DNA of 64,000 bases from Octopus vulgaris (taxonomy: Eukaryota): contig OX597823.1 in the NCBI GenBank assembly GCA_951406725.2, forward strand, positions 107,756,001-107,820,000, in the 5' to 3' direction. Below the pieces are notes generated by a model, which had not been told where the DNA came from, made no database searches, and saw only the letters and a program-made list of their open reading frames with translations. Positions 1 to 13,975 of this stretch are shown in pieces; the stretch's first letter is position 1; every line of letters begins with the position of its first letter. A program made the position numbers and the translations under genes.

Positions 1-197
1 GGTTTCAATGCCTCATGTATTTTTAGTTGTAAGACTTGTCTTCCTTTTGTTGTGTGTTGACCTTAGCCTTTCCCAGAGGAAAGGTACCAACTTTTCTGCA
101 GTCACCAAAATTTTAGGAATTCTGGGACAAAAGTTTGCTGATGAATTTATGTGTCAGTATTTCATCATTAATTTGAAATTATATATGTATGTGTGTA

Positions 198-239
<42 letters not shown>

Positions 240-345
240 CACATTTATGATATATATATATGCATACATTTATGATATATACATATATATATAGATAGAT
301 AGATATATACACATACATAAGCATAAGCATATATATGTACACATA

Positions 346-377
<32 letters not shown>

Positions 378-499
378 TACGTATATATATATATATATAT
401 ATATGCATGTGTGTGTATATATAAATATGTATGCATGTATATGATATCTATACATATATGTTATATATATATATTTATATATACATAAATATATATACT

Positions 500-539
<40 letters not shown>

Positions 540-561
540 CACATAAGTATATATATTTATG

Positions 562-611
<50 letters not shown>

Positions 612-659
612 TAAAATCCCCAAAAAGGAAGACTAGACACACACACACATACAAAAAAA

Positions 660-840
660 ACAAACAAACAAACAACGCGAGTACGTGGTACATGTAAAGT
701 GTTAGCAGACGCTCAGAGAAGGAAAGGAAGGTGGTTTAACGTTTCGAGCAACGCTCTTCTTCAAAAACAGAGGAAAGTTCAATAGAAAGGAAGTCAGAGG
801 AAGAAAATCGTCAACGACTCACATGTGGTTACATTTTGAA
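660..840 (-). mobile_element. Penelope-like element terminal (pLTR-type) fragment containing a degenerate minimal hammerhead motif
   Basis: Non-microsatellite island between (TA)n tracts. The minus strand at 733-768 reads GTTT-TTGAAGA-A-GAGC-GTT-GCTC-GAAAC-GTTA-AAC, the layout of PLE minimal hammerheads. Family assignment is from pattern recognition only. Confidence 0.5.
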
Positions 841-890
<50 letters not shown>

Positions 891-901
891 ATATATATAT
901 A

Positions 902-947
<46 letters not shown>

Positions 948-2370
948 TATCTCACACACACACATATGTATGTTTGAATATATATATATATATATATATA
1001 TCTCACACACACACACACACATATGTATGTTTGAATATATATGTTTGTACATACATACATGAAAAAAATAATTTGTAATATATATACTCATTCACTCACA
1101 TACCTATATGAAACTCCTGGTTAGGGAGGGGATGTTTATAAATTTCATAGATGGAATTAAATTTACTTTTTTCTTTTTGTGAGACTAGAGTATACAAATG
1201 AAAGAGGAAGGCTGAGAAAGAGAGAAAGGGGGAGGAAGAGAGAGAGAGAGAGAGAGAGAAAGAGGGAGAACAAAATTTGAGCTAGTATTCTCACACATCG
1301 ATATATATACATACACGTGTCTTCATGTAATGTGTAGACTATAGAAGATTTATTTGTAAAGTACACACAGATCGTGCAAAATATTAATTGTGTTTGTACT
1401 GTGTCCTAGAATAGATTCTATAAAGTATTATATACACCCTACATACTGTGTCAAAATTGACGTGGGTGTTTTTTGTAAGGTATATTTAAATTTGTCAGTC
1501 TCTCTGTGTATGTATGTATATATGTGTGTGCATGTATATGGGTGACAGCGAAGTATTTGAATAGAAGAATGACTGAGGTGGGGCCACCTTCTTCATGAAC
1601 AGCTCATATTTATGTGGGGGCTGATGTTCACCTAAAACGTTTTAATTTATTAGAACTACTCAGGTAGAGAGGAGAGAAAAATAAAGCATTCACTAAATGA
1701 ATGGTTGAATAGATTGAAAAAGAAAAGTATTTGAAATATAGAGAAAAAATTTTAATACTTTAATGTAAAGACAAAGAAGGGGAACGGCAACACTCTAATG
1801 GTGTAGAATATGTGTTAGAGTATAAAAAATTCGGGTTGGGTTTGGCGGTGGTGATGGTGGCGGTAGTGTTGGGATGTAGTGTCTAGTTTAGACTTAAATT
1901 GGTGCAGAGGACAGCTTATTACTGGATCTTGGTGTGACATGTCGCTGAATGAGAGTCAGGTGGTGCTTAGCTGAAAAGTGGAGGAGAATTTAAGGGAAGC
2001 TGGGAAATGGGTGAGGTTGTGGTGGCAGTGAAGATGTCCAAAGAAGACCCCAATTTTGAAGTAGATGTCCTTCATCCTACCCCGGTAATTGGACACTGTT
2101 CTAGTAGCAACACTTTATTCTTCTGAAAGATAAACTTCCAAAAGGATACTATTACGCCCACATTGCTATTGGCCCCAGAATGAAGACAAGATCCCCCTGT
2201 GGCGTGTATTTGATCTTATTTATTTGTACGTATGTTTAGGTTATACAAGCATATATAATACATACACGCGCACGCATTCATTTATTTATATCGAACTTCG
2301 GAGTTTAGCTACAGGAAGGACATCCAGCTGTAAATTCCAAATACACGTGTGTCTACGCATCCATATATTC

Positions 2371-3110
2371 ATATATGTATGTATGTATGTATGCATGAAT
2401 GTATGTATGTATGTATGTAGGCATGTATGTATGTATGTATGTATGTATGTATGTATGTATGTATGTATGCATGTTGTTATGTATGTATGCATGAATGTAT
2501 GTATGTATGTATGTATGTATGTAGGAATGTATGTATGCATGTATGTATGTATGTATGTATGTATGTATGTATGAATGTATGTATGTATGTATGCATGCAT
2601 GTTGTTATGTATGTATGCATGAATGTATGTATGTATGTATGTATGTAGGTATGTATGTATGCATGTATGTATGTATGTATGTATGTATGTATGCATGCAT
2701 GTTGTTATGTATGCATGCATGTTGTTATGTATGTATGCATGAATGTATGTATGTATGTATGTATGTATGTATGTATGTATGTATGTATGTATGTATGTAT
2801 GTATGTAGGTATGTATGTATGCATGTATGTATGTATGTATGTATGTATGTAGGTATGTATGTATGCATGAATGTAGGCATGTATGTATGTATGTATGTAT
2901 GTATGTATGTATGTATGTATGTAGGTATGTATGTATGCATGTATGTATGTATGTATGTATGTATGTATGTATGTATGCATGCATGTTGTTATGTATGCAT
3001 GCATGTTGTTATGTATGTAGGCATGTATGTATGTATGTATGTATGTATGTATGTATGTATGTATGTATGTATGTATGTATGTATGTAGGCATGTATGTAT
3101 GTTATGTATG
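2371..3110. repeat. (TATG)n tetranucleotide array with recurring higher-order interruptions (GCATGTTGTT, GCATGAATG, GTAGG)
   Basis: Directly visible; source of the MYVC/HTYI pseudo-ORFs. Confidence 0.95.
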
Positions 3111-4734
3111 TATGAACACGTACATGCGCTTGTATGCTCGCAGTCGTGGACAGAATGATTAGGGTAGTTCGTGTATGTGTAGGGTGGCGGCGTAACGTTG
3201 GTCAATGTTGACAGTGGCGTGTGGAACAATGGCCGTGTTTGTAATGTGTGGGCAATATTAGGTAGCTAGGTTGGTAACTAAGCGAAGAGAGGAATGGGCA
3301 GAGGAGACATTACAGACGAGGCGAAGGGACAGGTCAGGCTGTATTGGTCAGTTAGAAATCACATGATCATAGGTCTTAGAATAGTTCCTTCGTCAAACTT
3401 TTGCAGGTTGTAGGTAGTAGTAGTAGTAGTAGTGTTTACAGTAGTAGTAGTATTTAGTGTAGTGGTGTTAAGTCCAAGGAGAGAGGAAGGGTCTTAATGC
3501 CAGTGAGATAATGCGAGAGAAAGAGAGAGTATGATAAATAATTATAGAGGGAGAGATTGGAAAAGAATTAATGCTAAGACAAAAGTAATGTTATAAGATG
3601 GTGTGAGTGTAGTGAGAGAGGGGGGAGGTAGAGAGAGAGAATGAAAGGAGAAAAGAGAGGGTAGAGAAATTGTTGAGTACCAGATAGGTAGCGTTAATAT
3701 AAAGTTGTAAACAGAGACGTGTGTATGTGTGTTTGTGTCATAAAACGAAGCGAAAGAGTCTGTAATTAAATACAGTATTAGTGAGTCAGAAGTATATCAA
3801 AAGAAAATGTAGCAGAGAGAGAGAGAGACTAGTAAGACAGAGTGAAAGAGTAAGAGTAAAATAGAAAGATATAAAGTATATTCGTATAGTATGACGAATG
3901 AGAGACGTAGAGAAAGAAAGTAGATTATAAGGTTGAAGCAGCGTATAAGAAGAGCAAAAACGTGGAGGCAGTGAACCAGGGCTGAAGATGTGCTTTAAAA
4001 GTCCATCCACGAGGCAACTTTCACGTAATCTCTCAATTGATGAGAACTTTCGCTAAAACTTATTACTGATGCTTTAGGTCGAATGGGAGTCGTTGGAAGA
4101 TTTTGTATCTCATTTTCTAAAAGTTTTATCAAAGTATCCAAGTATTCCGAAAATTTTCATTGTACCTCCTAAAGATATCAGTTGAATGGATAGGAGAGTA
4201 TATAAATATATATATATATATATATAATAAACTTTTTGACTGCTATTTCTAAATTCGGTGTGTGGTGAGGCAAATCGTTGCTGAACCCTTAATTACTTAC
4301 TATATATATATATATATAACGTGTATATGTATGTATGAATATATAGTATGTCTGTATGCACTTTTATAGATAAGTTTTCGAAAGGATGTTTTTAATCTCA
4401 AGGTCATTAAGTGTAACTATAATTAGATTAAGTGCTATATATACGTGTGTGTGTGTATGTGTTATAAGGTATGCATATGGATATCCATTTAAGTAATCGC
4501 AAGAAACTTGTGTAAATTTTCACGTGTTTCTAGATTGTTGCAAAAATGTTGGAATAAATTTCTGAAACCGAAAATTAATGAGTTAATTACATGAATTCAA
4601 AATTGTGTGTGAGTGGATTTGTGCGCGATGGATTGCAGACGAACTCGAAGATACTGATGAACAAATGAGACACACTAAATTATATATATATATATATCTC
4701 GAAAGAAAACGGTAAACATACAAGCACAGGCAGA

Positions 4735-4910
4735 CAGATAAATAGACAGATAGACAGACAGACAGACTGACAGATAGATAGACTGACAGATAGACAGATA
4801 TATAGATAGATAGACTGACAGATAGATAGACTGACAGATAGACAGATATATAGATAGATAGACTGACAGATAGATAGATAGATAGATAGACTGAGAGATA
4901 GATAGATAAC

Positions 4911-4950
<40 letters not shown>

Positions 4951-4965
4951 TAGATAGATAGCCAG
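4735..4965. repeat. Compound (GATA/GACA/GACT)n + (TA)n + (GA)n microsatellite
   Basis: Directly visible. Confidence 0.9.
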
Positions 4966-5965
4966 GTAAGTAGAGAGAAATATCGATAGATAGAGAGCTG
5001 AATGGATAGATGAAATACAAAGAGATCAAGAGAAAGAGAGAGCGGCTAAGTAGGATAGGGGGAGATATAAAGAGAGTGGGGTATAATATGTATCGCTGGA
5101 TAGAGAGAGAGAAATGGGGTAGGTATATGGGTGGACAGAGGGAGAGAGATGGTACAATTTGAATAAGCCAAACCTGGCCTCAAAAAAAAAATAAATAAAT
5201 AAAAGATAATAATAGTAAAAAAACGGTAATGTCGGTGTATACAGCATTAAAGATATCTTTTCTATCGTAGACTGAATTTGTGGATGTGGTGGTAGTAATG
5301 CAGGACTTTTGATTTTTAAGGTTGCAGTGGTGATCGTTATACTATCAACGTAGTGGTAGTGAGGGTGATGGTGGTGGTGGTGGTGGTCGTCGTTGTAGTT
5401 GAGGTAGTAGTACTGGTGGTGATAGTATTGGCTCTAGCTGCGCGGTAATGATCATGATGTTAACCATGGTTGTAGTAATGGTAGTTGCTCTTTGGAGTGG
5501 TGCTGGCTATAGTTGCAATGGTAATGATGGGGTTGGTAGTATTATTGGTCATAGTTAAAGTAACAGTGGTAGTGGTGGTGGTGGCAGTTTTGGCTAAAAA
5601 TTGTAGTGTAGAGGTGGTAGAAGTAGGGGTGTGGTGGTAAGAGAAAAAGCGCTTTTTTTTTGCCTCTAGATGTTGTTGGACCAATCTCATATTCTTTCTA
5701 TGTTTAATCACCATTCACTGCTCTATTTTGGTGTGGGAAAGGATGACTGGGAGAGAGAGAGAGAGAGAAAGAGAGAGATAGAGAGAGAGGGGGGAAAGAG
5801 AAAGAGAGAGAGATAGAGAGGGAGGGAGGAGGCAGGCAGATATGAAGAATTGGCGGGAGGAAAGATAGTGATGGTTTTGTATTGTCTGGTGAAAGGCGTA
5901 GGGAAATATGTTTTTCCCGTTGCTTCATGCCTATGTAAGAAATCACCATCATTATGATCATCACG

Positions 5966-5998
<33 letters not shown>

Positions 5999-6017
5999 GT
6001 CGTCGTCGTCGTCATCG

Positions 6018-6058
6018 TCAACATCCGCTACATTTTGAAGGTCGGTCTTGAGAAGCCT
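6018..6058 (-). CDS. Candidate terminal coding exon of an unidentified gene; phase-1 reading (E)ASQDRPSKCSGC*
   Basis: Strong acceptor tttttttttcttctacag| at 6059-6076 on the minus strand. Joins in frame to the phase-1 donor of the 21110-21253 exon. Alternative readings are phase 2 GFSRPTFKM* and phase 0 RLLKTDLQNVADVDDDD... Confidence 0.45.
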
Positions 6059-6397
6059 CTGTAGAAGAAAAAAAAATCATCGCATGCAGGAGTAACAACA
6101 TTCTCTACATGTTGGTGGTTTGCTGAGGGTGAGTGTGAGGAGGGAGGTAGGGAGGGAGGAAGGCTAAAGGATGTAGTGAAGTGGGGGAGGGGAAGAGAAT
6201 GTGGTGGAGAGGAGCTGTGGTGCGATGCAGTACAGTTTGTTGGTGGTGGTGGTGGCGGCGGTAGCGTGTTATGTTGAGGGCGCAAATTTTGACTAGAAGA
6301 TGGATAGATAGATTCACTGACTTGGAAGAGGATTAGATAAATAAAAGCAGATAAAGGAGAGATAAATATGTATGGATAGAAATTTGAACAAATAGAA

Positions 6398-6521
6398 ATA
6401 GATAGATAGATAGATAGAGAGATATTCAGATAGATAGGTAGATAAATAGATAGATAGATACAGATAGATAGATCGATAGATAGGTAGGTAGGTAGAAAGA
6501 TAGATAGATAGATATATAGAT

Positions 6522-6585
<64 letters not shown>

Positions 6586-6645
6586 GAGTAGATAGGTAGA
6601 TAGATAGATAGATAGATAGATAGATACAGATAGATAGATAGATAG

Positions 6646-6680
<35 letters not shown>

Positions 6681-6745
6681 GGATAGATAGAGAGACAGAT
6701 AGATAGGTAGAAAGATATATATATATATATAGATAGGTAGATAGA
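6398..6745. repeat. (GATA)n array
   Basis: Directly visible. Confidence 0.95.
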
Positions 6746-7344
6746 TAAGGTGAGATGGGATAAGAGGTAGGGAAGAGGTAAAGGTCTCCCAGTTTGCTAC
6801 AATACACCACTTAGCAACCACAACAGAAATTCCATACTTCTTTCACGAAGAAAGGGAGTCGGCCGACATGAGAGTGTGTGTTTTCAAAGAGAAAAATCAC
6901 TTGCATTGCCCTGTATGCGACGATCGACTGTTAGAGTCTGCTTGCTGGAAGATGGGTTTGAACACTGCAGTTGAATATTTCCAAATGTCTAACACCTGCA
7001 CTTATTCTTCCATTACACACACACACACGTGAGTCTGTATGCGCACATATATGTATGTAGATAGATAGATAGATAGATAGAGATAGATAGATAACTGTAG
7101 TTATGTATGTATGCATGTATGTAGGCACGCGAAGTGGAATTGACCCGTAACTGTTGTCCCGTCAACGCTAAAGACAGACTTACCAAAAACACAGCTAGGC
7201 TTTCCATACAGTTGTTGTTGTTGCTGTTGTTAATATACCACCGTGGATTATGTATATCTTCACATATTCTCACACACACATACACACACACGTTGGTTTA
7301 GTTATACTCATATCAGTAAAGCAATACAGGCAAAAAATTGTGTT

Positions 7345-7394
<50 letters not shown>

Positions 7395-7411
7395 GGCATG
7401 TTCAACAATAA

Positions 7412-7479
<68 letters not shown>

Positions 7480-7629
7480 CTGGTAGATACGTACATGCAA
7501 ACATGCATACATTCATACTTGCCCTTGAATTTGGAAATTCGCCTTTTGTTATAAGCATGTACGAAAATGTGTGTGCGTATATATATGGATATATGTGTGA
7601 GTATAATATGTACGCAACCACATACACAA

Positions 7630-7662
<33 letters not shown>

Positions 7663-7710
7663 CCCATGCTAGCATGGAAAGCGGACGTTAAACGATGATG
7701 ATGATGATGA

Positions 7711-7764
<54 letters not shown>

Positions 7765-8202
7765 ACATGTGTTTTTATATAAATACATACATACACACAC
7801 ACATTATATATATACATATTGATATACACATACGCACACATGTGTGTGTGTAGTTTTATTATACTAGTCCACAGCCTGCTAGTAAATCAGAGTACATACA
7901 CACGCGTTTGTGTTTAAACGCCCTGCAGGCATGTTCAAGCAATAAGTATTAAACAGAGACAGAAGACATTGTTTCCTAAATTTATTGAATAGTTTTTTGT
8001 TTCTTCTTAAAACAATGCAAGACAGAGGCGGTGTGGAGGGGGGGGAGGAAGGAAAAGAAAGAAAGGAAGAAGGAAAGAGAGGAGGTGGAATATAAAATTT
8101 GACCGTCAGAGAGACACTCTAAAACCATAATTGGCTTTCTTGTGTGTTTGTCTTCAGACACAGATTATATATATATAAATACACACACACACACACACAC
8201 AC

Positions 8203-8257
<55 letters not shown>

Positions 8258-8341
8258 CATATATGTGTATATATATTTATACATACATACACACACACAT
8301 ATATATATGTATTCATGTATGTGTGTGTATATGTATGTATG

Positions 8342-8385
<44 letters not shown>

Positions 8386-8977
8386 TATTATATACATATA
8401 ATCATATGTATATGAATAGACACACACATACAGAAATGTACAATATATGAGTGCGCAGTTTATGTATATTTATATAGATATGTTTGTATATGTATGTGTA
8501 GATACACGTGTATTATAACGCCTACATATACACCTCTATATACACGCACACATATGTATAAATATGTCTATATATACATATATATATACACACACACACA
8601 TATATATATGTATGCATCTATGTATATATATATATATATATATAATGTATGTACAAGATATATATACATGTATGTGTGTATATGTACGTGTGTGTATAGA
8701 TGTTTGTAAGTATATACATATAAACGTATGCGTGTGTATAAATGTATATAATATATATGTATATTTTTCACTTATTGTATTGAGTGCTTTTTCCTCGGGA
8801 TTATATGATCTAACGTGCGTTCGCACTTGTTTTTCTTTTATTTGTTGTTGGTGTTGAGTGTGTGTGTGTGTGTATGTGTACTTAATTGATTTGCATTACA
8901 AATGCAGGTATATATTTTTTCACCAAATATATATATTATGTATGTATATGTGTATATACATATATATATATTATGTA

Positions 8978-9052
<75 letters not shown>

Positions 9053-9619
9053 ATACCGGCATGTATGCGTATATGTGTCAAGCACTTTATTCACAGGTAA
9101 ATTTCTCTTCAAAGGAACACTTGTTCACTTTGCCTAATGCACACGCATTCGTAGACTTATAGTGATATCATATTTAACAGATATGTATGTGCATAGATAT
9201 AACTATACACACACACACATACATGCATATACATATGTACGTATGTACACACACACACACACACACACTCATACATGTAAGCATAATCTTTAAACGCACA
9301 TACCCACATACCAAGAGTATTGTCTTTCTCTCTTTTGTTGCCTGTAACTCTATCTGTAGATGGGGTTTTTTTTTTTTGTTAAAAGTTCATGTGGCATGGG
9401 TTGAGCGGTCCCACGCCCCTCTGCCCCTTATAATTAAGGATTCCAACACTCTTTATACGGGACATATTTATTGCAGCACCAGTTTGTTTTTTTAATACCT
9501 AATCATATATAATTATTTTCTAAAATATGTTGTAGCACCAGGAATTTTCTCTCCTTTACTTTTTCCTTGCCCTCTTTCTCTCGTCCATGATCATCATCAC
9601 ATCGTCATCATCATCATCG

Positions 9620-9662
<43 letters not shown>

Positions 9663-10032
9663 GTTGATATCATTATCGTTCTTCTTTCACATGTGTGTGT
9701 GTGAGAGAAATTTTGCACGATCAGTTTACTTTAAAAAAAAAAAACCAACTAGCATAAAGAACGCGTGTATAACGTACTCATATAAGTACACTGATATATA
9801 TAGATATATAGATATATATACATACACAAGCATGATAGTCCCCCCCCCTCGCCCCCCCCCCACGCTTACACATTAAGAGTGGGTCACGATATTTGTTAAA
9901 CTTCCGAATGCATCAAACTCAGAAAGCCACTCAGATACGACATACGGAACTACACAAAGCGTGTGCGCGCGCGAATGTATATATTTACACACATTTAGGA
10001 GTGTAATAAGGTGGACGGAGCCACTACCAGCC

Positions 10033-10068
<36 letters not shown>

Positions 10069-10786
10069 TCGAGCCAACAACACGTACAGAGAGAAAGCAG
10101 TAAAGTACACCGCATGATAATAAATTCAATATCAGTATGAGATATATCTCTATTTTCCTTTCTTTCACAGAGCTGTTGTTATTTGTGTGGTGAGGAGCAT
10201 ACCATGAACGGGTTTTGCGTCTTATAAGTTATATAAGGGATATTGTTGATAGGTGTGTATGTATGTGTGACTCTGTGTGTGTGTGTGTGTGTATGTATGG
10301 ACGGATGCACCTAAGTATAAGTTTGTATATACGTATCACATGTGTCTGCCATAGAAGTATTACTGGGATACTGCTTAGAAATTGGATTGCGTGTATGTAT
10401 ATATTCACATATTTACACACACACACATGAATATGCACACAAATTAACACACATATACATACATGCACACACACAAACACATACATATATATATGCGTGT
10501 ATATACACATATTTACTTCCAAGTACGTTTATATATATATATATATATGTATGTATATATATATAAAGAGAGAGAGAGAGAGAGGCGGGGAGAGACAGAG
10601 AGAAGCACGTACACATATATGTATATATATCTTTGTGTATATATCTTCTCAAATATATGTGTATGTGTGTTTACTTTATAGATAGATCGATCTGTGTACC
10701 AGAATGTTTAACATGAGGGTAGGCACGAACGTGTCACAATCAGTGTTTACTGTATGTATGTATAAATATTTGTGTGTATAGCTGTG

Positions 10787-10823
<37 letters not shown>

Positions 10824-11019
10824 GTGTGTTTGTGTGTATAACTATGTATGTATATATGTATATATATATAATATATTAGATAGATATGATATATATACGA
10901 GAATGTAAATTTCTAAATAGATGTGCATATGCGTGCGTGTATATACGTCTGTATATGTGTATGAGTGTGTGTGTGTGTGTTTATATGTATAGCTATGTGT
11001 ATATTTTTGTATAAACAAG

Positions 11020-11440
11020 GGTGTGATTGCCACATGGTACAGTATCAGGTTCTCTGTGCTGTACCTTGGGCAAGTATCTTCTACTACAGCTCAGAGCCGA
11101 CCAATGCGTTGTAAGTAAATTCGGTAGGCGGAAACTGCGCAGAAGCCCATCGTCTACATACATACACACATACATACATGCATACATACACACACACACA
11201 CACACACACAGAGTTATACATATTTAGATGCGTGTGAGTGTATTTTGTATTCATCCTCCACTTTTTTTTTCATAGTCGTTGTGGGGTGGGTTTGAAACCC
11301 CGAAACCCACCCGTTTAGCAATGGAGAAGGATAAACAAAGTAGCAGAGTTAAAAACAAGTACCGGGGCTGATTTCTTCGGCTAAACTCGTCTGGGCGATG
11401 CCCCAGCATGGCCACGGGCCAGTGATCGAAACAAGTAATC
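11020..11440 (+). mobile_element. Diverged CORE-like tRNA SINE (family B) with internal microsatellite
   Basis: Contains CCTTGGGCAAGTATCTTCTACTA...CGGAAACTG...GAAGCCC and a tail CCAGCATGGCC...GAAACAAGTAA matching the copy at 52979-53395. Confidence 0.75.
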
Positions 11441-11936
11441 GTATACCGTATACACACACATTTAAACACACACACACACACATATGTATACTGATTTATA
11501 TATGCGTAATGTATGTATATATATATATATATAAATGTGTATGTATAGACATCCATACATATATGTATCTATGTTTATAAGTATGTATGTATGTATGTAT
11601 GTATATATGTATGTATGTGTGTATGTATGTATGTATGTATGTATGTGTGTACGTATGTATGTATATATGTATGTATGTGTGTATGTATGTATGTATGTAT
11701 ATATGTATGTATGTGTGTACGTATGTATGTATATATGTATGTATGTGTGTATGTATGTATGTATGTGTTTTATATGCAGAACCTCTTGAAAGTGGCAGGA
11801 TTTCTTAATAGAATGTTAAAAGATTTCCGATCCAACTTCTTCCTCCTTGACCGAGAAGAAAAGAAAGAGGGTGAGGGGGCGGAAGAAATGAACTATATAC
11901 AAGGAAAAAGGAAGGATTGAAGGTATGTGAGTGTAT

Positions 11937-11972
<36 letters not shown>

Positions 11973-12449
11973 GTGTGTGGGTTAGTAAGGAAGTGTGTGT
12001 GTGTGGGGGTGGGTGGGGCCGTCCATTCTCTGATTCTCAGCTTCGGAAGCAAACCATGCCAGGCAGCTTAGCCAGCCCAGGCCTGGGTCAGAACTGACCT
12101 GTACTTATAGCCAACACCGTTCTCTCCCACACTGCTGCTACACTTTTCACCATCACAGCCAGAAAACATAGCAACCGCCGCCACAGCCACCACCACCACC
12201 ACCACCACCACCACCACCACCACCACCACCACTACTACTACTACATAGATATTATTTCCGTCACCGTCACCGTCACCACATCCCCTGCACTTACCCATTG
12301 CGACTCTGCTGGCTTTGTCGTTGCCGTCACCACCTCCACTGCTCCCCCACCCTCTCTCTCTTCCTATTGTGACACAACCATCACTACTACTATTACTATT
12401 ATTACCGTCACCACCGCAGACGTACCCCCCCCCTACAACCAACTATAAA

Positions 12450-12466
12450 CTACTACTACTACTACA

Positions 12467-12538
<72 letters not shown>

Positions 12539-12560
12539 GCTGCTGCTACTACTGCTACTA
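12450..12560. repeat. (CTA)n/(CTG)n trinucleotide array; a (CAC)n array lies at 12188-12232
   Basis: Directly visible. Confidence 0.95.
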
Positions 12561-13009
12561 AACGAAGCTTTGCAAAAGGAAGCAAAATGGAAAAAGGGAG
12601 AACAATTGCTTTTTCTCTGTCCATTTTTATTTGTCATTCATACATATACATACATGCGCACTCATCGCATACACATACATACATCTACAGTATATCTCTG
12701 AACCGCTCTCTGCAACATACATCACACGCACACACGCACACGCACACAGAGACTGTCATCGTATAATGAGTAAAAAAAAAAATACATTCACACCAGGAGT
12801 TCCTATTAATACCTCTTTCTTTTTTACTCACTTTATTCCTTGTGAATTTTTTTACATTATACCACACACACACACACACACACACAAACGTATTCATAAA
12901 AAGACCCAAGCGCACTGACTCCCAATAAATATGTCTTTATCCCAACCCAGTCTTTGACATGTGTGGGGTATATTACTAACAAAAACTGCAATATTTCTTT
13001 TTTGTTTAT

Positions 13010-13198
13010 TTGTCACAAGGGGCAAACAGTTTTGAGGGGAAGGAACCTAGTATTGGCCTGGTACTTTATTTTATCGAACCTTCAAGGATGAAAGGCTAAG
13101 CTGACCACAGCTGGATTTGAAATCAGTGGGTACAGAACTGGATGAAATGCTTTTCTTTTCCCCCCCGACGTTCTAACGGCTCTGCCAGTTCGCCGCCT
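13010..13198 (-). mobile_element. Diverged tRNA SINE (family A)
   Basis: AAGGATGAAAGGC...GATTTGAA...CTGCCAGTTCGCCGCC aligns by eye with the copies at 19127-19633 and 54908-55119. Confidence 0.8.
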
Positions 13199-13424
13199 TA
13201 GTAGTCGTGGCGTTGGCCATGGGGTTGGTTCATTCTTCAAACACACACCTATATCTAAACCGCATTTACAAACATACAAACTCGTATATAAACACTCAAA
13301 CACATAATATACTCAAGCACATATATATACATATATACACATACGGACACACATACATATGCAAACGCATTCACAGAATACAAACTAGGCAAGAAGACAG
13401 AGAAGTGCAATAAAGGAGACTTTA

Positions 13425-13975
13425 CTCGGTCGTTCGAACTGCTAGAAATAGCAGACAAATGTCAGTTCATATCAGAATACTTTATACAAAAGCAAGACAT
13501 ACTGGATAATGTGAGTGAGCCCTGGTTTAAAAAAGGTTGGGATGGTCACGGGGTGGAATACTTTTCGTCATATTCAGTGGGGTGTGGCCTGAGGCTAAAC
13601 AACAAACTACGAAGACACGCAGAAATGTACACAACACACAATGTTATTCGTAGCTTCGGGACTGGTATTAATGTCACAGCCTCCGATATAACTTGACACC
13701 ATTTCCCAAAACTGGACACTTGACCGGTAAGTCAAGAAGCAGCAGCCAAAGTCTCCTTCAAATCATACCCTCAGACATATTCAAAATAATGTGGTCCTGA
13801 GTACACTATGACTACAAGGGCTCTAGTACACCTGCTGGATATAGCTACGAAATTTCCCTCAAATCATTTCTTTCTTCATATTAAATGAAAGAACACATTG
13901 ACAAGATGGGCGAGGCTGGAATGGCATTGATAAAAGGTCTTCCCCATTCGAAGTTGACTTCGGTTAAACAATAAA
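13425..13975 (+). mobile_element. Two to three diverged copies of an old retroposon 3' tail (family D; ...TAGAAATAGCAG...GGCTAAACAACAA)
   Basis: The same motif string recurs at 43390-43572 (+) and 41830-42000 (-). Confidence 0.6.

Noticed and set aside
1621-1645. CTGATG...AAAACGTT hammerhead-like string
   Set aside because: No stem II and no intact CUGANGA/GAAA core.
5400-5421. TGAGGTAGTAG, matching the let-7 5' end
   Set aside because: Only 11 nt match, within (GTA/GGT)n low-complexity sequence, and there is no hairpin.
7184-7223. Perfect minus-strand donor TTG|gtaagt with a possible exon QQQQLYGKPSCVF
   Set aside because: No polypyrimidine acceptor upstream, so it cannot be supported.
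11780-11870. Plus-strand exon-like segment NLLKVAGFLNRMLKDFRSNFFLLDREEKKE
   Set aside because: No partner exons on the plus strand, and it is equally readable as a minus-strand tail. It illustrates the false-positive rate of by-eye exon calls.
12151-12172. ATCACAGCCAG, a miR-2 family seed match
   Set aside because: The 3' half diverges and there is no complementary arm nearby.
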